Shown here in pieces: positions 46,811-51,285 of a stretch of 51,285 bases of DNA. Below the pieces are notes generated by a model that was not told where the DNA came from, did no database searches, and saw only the letters and a list, made by a program, of their open reading frames with translations. Both the position numbers and the translations under genes were made by a program. The DNA comes from a virus (lineage: Duplodnaviria; Heunggongvirae; Uroviricota; Caudoviricetes): the IMG/VR virus record IMGVR_UViG_3300029544_000001; one strand, given 5' to 3'. Each line of letters begins with the position of its first letter. The stretch's first letter is position 1.

Positions 46811-47827
46811 ATGTATAGAAGGTTTTTAAACAAAAACGATTATCTGGGTATCATTACGGAGGATGCTTTATCGCAGCTTACCCGTGGGAAAGATATTTGT
46901 TTTGTGCAGGCAGAACAAGCCGCTGAAGCATCTATTATGGATTACCTTACTGAAAATTACGAAATTGAACGCGAACTAAATCGAGGTAAATTCATCTTTG
47001 AATATGATCGAAGAATCAGTTATCCTATAGGATGTCATTTTTACCTTGACGGAGAAATATGCGAGGTAATTCAAGCTATCAATGGCTACAAAGCTCCTTG
47101 TCCTATATCTTATTGGCACGAAACAGAAGAGATACTTGACTTGGAAAAAATAGAACAATACAGCCAGATGAAAAACTATCGTCCCGGAGATGTGATAAAG
47201 TTCTTAGGACGGGCATATATATGTGACCTCGCCAATGGCATAGACTTCAACGATATTCGTATTCCGGAAGTTAATGCCTGGGAAATGGTTGATACATACA
47301 AGTGGGACACCGTTCCATACAATGAATGGGAAGTTGTAGAATATGAAGGCAAATTCTTCACCTTGCTAACAATGGATAATTATGACTGTCTGGTCAATCC
47401 GATGGAGTCTGACTGCTGGGGGATGATTGGAGAATATGACCCTTCACTCAATTCTTATGAGTTGTCAGAACACGAATATGTAGAATATAAAGGAAAAATT
47501 TATTATCCTATAATCAATCCCAATGCTGATGTACCGGAACTGGAAAGGAATATCAGATACCATGACCCAAGAAACTATAACTTGAAACGTCACATGGTTC
47601 AACTGTCATTATACGAGTTGCACAAACTGATTTCTCCTAACAATATCAGTACTGTACGAATAGATGACTACGACCATTCTATGCAATGGTTAAAAGACGC
47701 TTCCAGGCTAAAATTAAATCCTCAAATTCCGAGAAAAATTGATAACAAGAAAGAGCCTCTTACAGACTGGCAGATGGCAACCTTTCAAACATCTTATGAC
47801 CCATATCAAAACCCTTGGCATGTATGA
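46811..47827 (+). CDS. Head-tail adaptor (Mu gp36/DUF1320-like) with inserted CBM5/12-like repeats
   Basis: N-terminal FLNKNDY...AEQAAEASIMDYL and C-terminal RIDDYDHSMQWLKDA flank Y..G..V.Y.G..Y repeats. Confidence 0.65.
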   Translation: MYRRFLNKNDYLGIITEDALSQLTRGKDICFVQAEQAAEASIMDYLTENYEIERELNRGKFIFEYDRRISYPIGCHFYLDGEICEVIQAINGYKAPCPISYWHETEEILDLEKIEQYSQMKNYRPGDVIKFLGRAYICDLANGIDFNDIRIPEVNAWEMVDTYKWDTVPYNEWEVVEYEGKFFTLLTMDNYDCLVNPMESDCWGMIGEYDPSLNSYELSEHEYVEYKGKIYYPIINPNADVPELERNIRYHDPRNYNLKRHMVQLSLYELHKLISPNNISTVRIDDYDHSMQWLKDASRLKLNPQIPRKIDNKKEPLTDWQMATFQTSYDPYQNPWHV

Positions 47828-47883
47828 AACGGTTTTAATATGACAACAGAATCTCAAAATTAAAAATTAACCTCAAAAATTAC

Positions 47884-48147
47884 ATGGATCTTCTAAAAAG
47901 AATTAGGCAGAAAATAGATGAATTCTGCTTTAAGCACATGAGAATGGACGGTGCCCAGCATCTGATTGCCGGCATCTTGATTTATGATGTACTCAAATAC
48001 CTTATACCTGTTTGGAGTGCCATACTAATCACTCTGATTATACTTGTCGCCAAAGAAGTTGTTTTAGACAAATGGATAAGGAAAGGAGTAGCTGATTGGC
48101 ATGATATAATCTGGGGAGTCATAGGACTTCTGTTAGGAGTGCTGTAA
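47884..48147 (+). CDS. Small membrane protein
   Basis: Three hydrophobic segments with H, KE..D and D..D residues. Confidence 0.65.
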   Translation: MDLLKRIRQKIDEFCFKHMRMDGAQHLIAGILIYDVLKYLIPVWSAILITLIILVAKEVVLDKWIRKGVADWHDIIWGVIGLLLGVL

Positions 48148-48312
48148 GTACTACTCTTAGACTAAATGATACGGTGGGTAATAGTAATGTTATTCACCGT
48201 ATTCTTGTTAATGCTGCTGTAGATACTAAACTTACTTCTATTAATTGTGTTAAAAGTAGTGCTGATAAAGATGATTTTAGCAAGATTAAAATTAAAAGTG
48301 AAACAAATGTTG

Positions 48313-48320
48313 TATCTTTG
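48313..48320 (+). promoter_or_regulatory. Bacteroidota -7 promoter element
   Basis: TATCTTTG(CA) upstream of the Panacea-like gene; no clear -33 TTTG. Confidence 0.5.
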
Positions 48321-48395
48321 CATAGAATTTCGTTGCAAATAACATTAACAATTTTATTAGAATAGTTTTTGTTTACTGGAATTGAATATTTGATT

Positions 48396-49007
48396 ATGAG
48401 TTTAGGAATAACAGCAAATAAAGAAAAAAATGGAGCACTTTTAGCATATATTGCTAAAATTATTCCAGGTATTCATCTTCGCAAATTGTTGAAGATTGTA
48501 TATTTAATTGATGAACGGTTTATGGAACTACGTGGATTTCCTCTTACGTGGTTTGATTATTATGCATGGATAAAAGGCCCTGTTGCTCCCGAAGTATATA
48601 ACATAAAAAATGGAGCATTCCAAGAATATGTCACTTGCCATAAAAATTCTGAAGGTAAAAACATTGTAGAGTCTGTATTACCACATGAATATCATGTACT
48701 AAAACAAATGGATATATATAGTCCTTATGAAATGAAGGTTATAAATGAAATAGTATCCTTATACGCAAACCATACAGCGGATGAATTATCTGATTTTACA
48801 CACATCGAAACTTCTTTATGGTCTAAAATTGTAAAAGAACAGAGTGTGAAGTTTGTTGACGGAAAATCCGATGTAGAAATACCGTTACAATTGTTGAATG
48901 GCGATGATGAAGACAAAAGGGAAACTTATGAAGATGCAAAATGGAATATGAGTTTCCAAGCTGCATTGAACAAACATAAACCGCAAACGAATGTTCCAAC
49001 CGCGTGA
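48396..49007 (+). CDS. Panacea (DUF4065/SocA/GepA-like) antitoxin
   Basis: KLLKIVYLID...GFPLTWFDYYAWIKGPVAPEVY...TADELSDFTH...W; ATG at 48396. Confidence 0.85.
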   Translation: MSLGITANKEKNGALLAYIAKIIPGIHLRKLLKIVYLIDERFMELRGFPLTWFDYYAWIKGPVAPEVYNIKNGAFQEYVTCHKNSEGKNIVESVLPHEYHVLKQMDIYSPYEMKVINEIVSLYANHTADELSDFTHIETSLWSKIVKEQSVKFVDGKSDVEIPLQLLNGDDEDKRETYEDAKWNMSFQAALNKHKPQTNVPTA

Positions 49008-49467
49008 AGTTGTTTATGGATATGCTAAAAATCTATTTTCGCCACATAACAAGTATATCGTAACAATTTATCAAGACGATGATTTAAATATTGTGGCATG
49101 TTTTACTACATCAAAACGACGTGCTGGTGTCCCAGAAGATCAGGTACATCATGGAGCTATTTATAGAGACCAAGAATGTGTTTCTTACGTTTTTGAAAAA
49201 GATAAAGTTGTAGGTATTAACCCGACAAATGGTGCAGATTTCGCATTTCCATACCGATCAGTAGTAACTTTTGACTATGGAGTAAAAGAAGGTATCAAGG
49301 AATCTTTTATGGAAGAATTTGATAATCCCCAAGTAGTATGCGTATTAAATGACTCTGAATATATTGATTTAGTATATGCAATGTACCGAAGTCCACATAC
49401 CAAAGTATGCCACAAGAACATCTTGGATAAGATTCTACAAAAATATTATGACGATAAGAAAGATTAA
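48991..49467 (+). CDS. Putative toxin partner of the Panacea antitoxin (possible PemK/MazF-like fold)
   Basis: Overlaps the antitoxin by 17 bp. FQPREVVY...PHNKYIVTI...IVACFTTS resembles the MazF/PemK N-terminal strand pattern. Confidence 0.45.
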   Translation: MFQPREVVYGYAKNLFSPHNKYIVTIYQDDDLNIVACFTTSKRRAGVPEDQVHHGAIYRDQECVSYVFEKDKVVGINPTNGADFAFPYRSVVTFDYGVKEGIKESFMEEFDNPQVVCVLNDSEYIDLVYAMYRSPHTKVCHKNILDKILQKYYDDKKD

Positions 49468-49473
49468 TTAATA

Positions 49474-49499
49474 CCCTACTGATAACAGTAGGGATTTTT
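49474..49499 (+). terminator. Intrinsic terminator
   Basis: CCCTACTG-ATAA-CAGTAGGG followed by ATTTTT. Confidence 0.75.
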
Positions 49500-49508
49500 A
49501 TATATAAA

Positions 49509-49609
49509 GCCCCGGTCACTTAGGGTGAATGCCATGTGTCAAAACAGTAATCTGGGCTTTTACCTATTTTGGTAAGTCATAAATGACACACAGTGCAAAG
49601 TAACCGAGG
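49509..49609 (-). ncRNA. Candidate structured RNA element downstream of int-xis
   Basis: Nested inverted repeats 49513-21/49598-606, 49535-41/49584-90 and 49560-64/49571-75. Confidence 0.35.
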
Positions 49610-49618
49610 TATATATTT

Positions 49619-49789
49619 TTATCTATTCGTCATATTGACGAAGTTCATCAAGTCTTGCTCCTTTATCAATACTCTACCGGCTGGCTTGGTGTACGGTATT
49701 CTTCCTTCAGCCAAGTATCGTTGAGCCGTTCTGTAAGATATACGAAGAAAATCAGCTGCTTCTCTTACAGTGACAAGTTTCATCTTCAT
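49619..49789 (-). CDS. xis: Excisionase (HTH_17/MerR-like; 56 aa; not in ORF track)
   Basis: MKMKLVTVREAADFLRISYRTAQRYLAEGRIPYTKPAGRVLIKEQDLMNFVNMTNR*; ATG overlaps the integrase stop. Confidence 0.85.
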   Translation of the reverse strand: MKMKLVTVREAADFLRISYRTAQRYLAEGRIPYTKPAGRVLIKEQDLMNFVNMTNR

Positions 49790-50925
49790 ACAATATTGTT
49801 AAGTCGTTCAAACTCTTTGTCTACTTCAGCCTGGTATATATGCGCATATAGCTGCGTAGTCTGGATATTCGTATGTCCAAGCATTTTGCTGATAACCTCA
49901 ATCCTCACACCATTGGCTAATGCAACAGTAGTGGCAAAGGTATGCCGGGCAACGTGACTCGTCAGCTTCTTCTTTATTTCACAGAACGCCCCCAGAATTT
50001 TTAAATATGAATTGTACTTCTGGTTAGATATAACAGGCAACTTAAACTCATACTTCTTTAATATATTCATGACTTTATCCATGAGTGATATATTATAAGG
50101 AGTTCCGGTTTTTATTCTCTCATCTCGTATTCTATACATTCCGTCTGTCATTATAGCATCTTTGAAGTTGAAAATTGCCAAATCAGCATACGCCAAACCA
50201 GTATAGCAACAAAACAAGAAAAGATCTCTCACACGATTCAGGCACATATCATCAATCTGTTTAGTTTCGAGTTTAGCTAGTTCCTCTTTAGTCAAGAACT
50301 TTCTTGCTACACGTTTGCCGCGATCTAATTTGAAATTCTGATATGGATTCTCTGAAATCAAATGAGCCGCGTATGCTTCTCTTACAAACACTTTCAGTAT
50401 CTTGTGGTAATTATATACCGAAGACTGGCATTTGCATCGTTTTTTGGCGAATTCATCGTATGCTCTGATATTTTCGTCACAAATATCAGTAAAATCTTTA
50501 ATCCTGCCAAATTCTTTCAGTGCTTTTAGTACGCACTTCTGCCTTTGCTTCGTTGAATCAGTAACTTGCCGTTCGTATATCCGTTTCTCCATAAAGGACA
50601 GAAATGAATTTGTGGTTCCGGATTCCGAATTGTTCAAATACCGTTCCAATCTTTCAAAGGTGAAAGGAATGTTTTGAGAAGAGAGCTGATAGACAAAATC
50701 ATATATCCCAGACACCATATCATTCAACTTTTGGTTGAACACTAATGACTGGGGGTGATTTTTAACTTTCAGGTCTTTGCCCCACTGATCGGAATAGAGT
50801 TTTATGCCAGTTCCGACATACTTGCGTTTCCGCTGATAAGTAACCTCCATTTGTACGGAGGATTGACGTTTTTTGGTGGCTACGTGCTTTCTATCAAAGA
50901 CGAGCCGTACAGATACATTGTTCAT
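49786..50925 (-). CDS. int: Tyrosine integrase (Bacteroidota type with N-terminal arm-binding domain)
   Basis: YTGLAYADL, RIKT, HVARHTFAT and LGHTNIQTTQLYA. Confidence 0.95.
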   Translation of the reverse strand: MNNVSVRLVFDRKHVATKKRQSSVQMEVTYQRKRKYVGTGIKLYSDQWGKDLKVKNHPQSLVFNQKLNDMVSGIYDFVYQLSSQNIPFTFERLERYLNNSESGTTNSFLSFMEKRIYERQVTDSTKQRQKCVLKALKEFGRIKDFTDICDENIRAYDEFAKKRCKCQSSVYNYHKILKVFVREAYAAHLISENPYQNFKLDRGKRVARKFLTKEELAKLETKQIDDMCLNRVRDLFLFCCYTGLAYADLAIFNFKDAIMTDGMYRIRDERIKTGTPYNISLMDKVMNILKKYEFKLPVISNQKYNSYLKILGAFCEIKKKLTSHVARHTFATTVALANGVRIEVISKMLGHTNIQTTQLYAHIYQAEVDKEFERLNNIV

Positions 50926-50986
50926 ACTTTTACTTTAAGTATGATTGATAAATGTAGATAAGGAGAAATTGGGAAGATTTACGTCT

Positions 50987-51052
50987 GGTATCACACCGGG
51001 TATCACATTGGTATCACACCGGTATCACCCCCTAGTATCGCATTGGTATCAC
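50987..51052. repeat. Six tandem GGTATCAC-like direct repeats (candidate att arm / Xis sites)
   Basis: Copies start at 50987, 50999, 51010, 51021, 51034 (AGTATCGC) and 51045. Confidence 0.85.
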
Positions 51053-51175
51053 AAATATGTCACTATTTACTATACCTTGTCATAGTTTGACGTAATTAGT
51101 ACTATCTTTTGATACTCCTTTAGATGTCAATTCATACAACATCTATTCAATTAATCTGCTGTAAACCAACAAAAT

Positions 51176-51195
51176 AAGGAGGCAAAAACCTCCTT
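51176..51195 (-). terminator. Terminator-like hairpin 3' of the tRNA
   Basis: AAGGAGG-CAAAAA-CCTCCTT flanked by A and T tracts. Confidence 0.6.
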
Positions 51196-51203
51196 TTTCC
51201 TAG

Positions 51204-51276
51204 TACACCCTCAGGGATTCGAACCCTGGACCCACTGATTAAGAGTCAGTTGCTCTACCAACTGAGCTAAGAGTGC
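51204..51276 (-). tRNA. tRNA-Lys (anticodon CTT); probable integration site
   Basis: Reverse complement GCACTCTTAGCTCAGTTGGTAGAGCAACTGACTCTTAATCAGTGGGTCCAGGGTTCGAATCCCTGAGGGTGTA folds as a cloverleaf; followed by CTA, so no encoded CCA. Confidence 0.96.
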
Positions 51277-51285
51277 ATAAACAAA

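Larger units (their letters stand above)
1..51203. mobile_element. Temperate myovirus-type prophage (left part lies outside the window), integrated next to the 3' end of tRNA-Lys
   Basis: Contiguous, almost all + strand phage genes (baseplate, tail, terminase, lysis, replication) ending in xis, a tyrosine integrase and a tRNA 3' end. No portal or capsid gene recognised in the window. Confidence 0.93.

Noticed and set aside
48174..48365. 63-aa ORF upstream of the Panacea gene
   Set aside because: GTG start, no recognisable motif, and it overlaps a promoter element; probably intergenic.
90..49519. Many short minus-strand ORFs in the track
   Set aside because: They lie antisense within long, motif-bearing plus-strand genes and have no recognisable features.
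49655..49957. 100-aa plus-strand ORF
   Set aside because: Antisense shadow of int and xis.
50987..51052. Tandem repeats as a CRISPR array
   Set aside because: Units are 8 bp with 3-5 bp spacers, far too short, and there are no cas genes.
1..51285. Stop-codon reassignment as in some gut phages
   Set aside because: Genes are full length and densely packed under the standard code, and TAA, TAG and TGA all serve as stops.

Overview
This window is the right-hand ~51 kb of an AT-rich temperate contractile-tailed (myovirus-type) prophage. The host is probably Bacteroides/Phocaeicola-like, inferred from TAnnTTTG promoters and a Bacteroidota-type integrase. The prophage abuts the 3' end of a tRNA-Lys(CTT) at the window's right edge. 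Order: baseplate/tail genes (1-21.4 kb) containing a complete diversity-generating retroelement (2009-aa target with C-terminal VR, hairpin, avd, TR, RT); nucleotide metabolism (ThyX-like, nrdD, nrdG); recombination/replication (NinB-like, gp32-like SSB, SbcD/SbcC, RuvC-like, ECF sigma, DnaB, DnaG, DnaE, Pif1-like helicase, guanylate kinase-like, DEDDh exonuclease); terS, a lysis cassette, terL and a head-tail adaptor; a Panacea-type TA-like pair; then xis, int and the tRNA. Most notable: (1) dnaE is split into two genes at the FERFL..PER/PDxDxD junction, and the new ends look like two halves of a catalytically dead Hint (intein-like) domain, with an FTR-like gene and a helicase between them; (2) a conserved AAC-N18-CTATTCTT motif precedes three late gene blocks, a candidate promoter for the phage ECF sigma; (3) the DGR VR differs from TR at 15 positions, all TR adenines, and its target contains a CotH-kinase-like segment. 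All protein family calls are from motif recognition by eye, not database searches.
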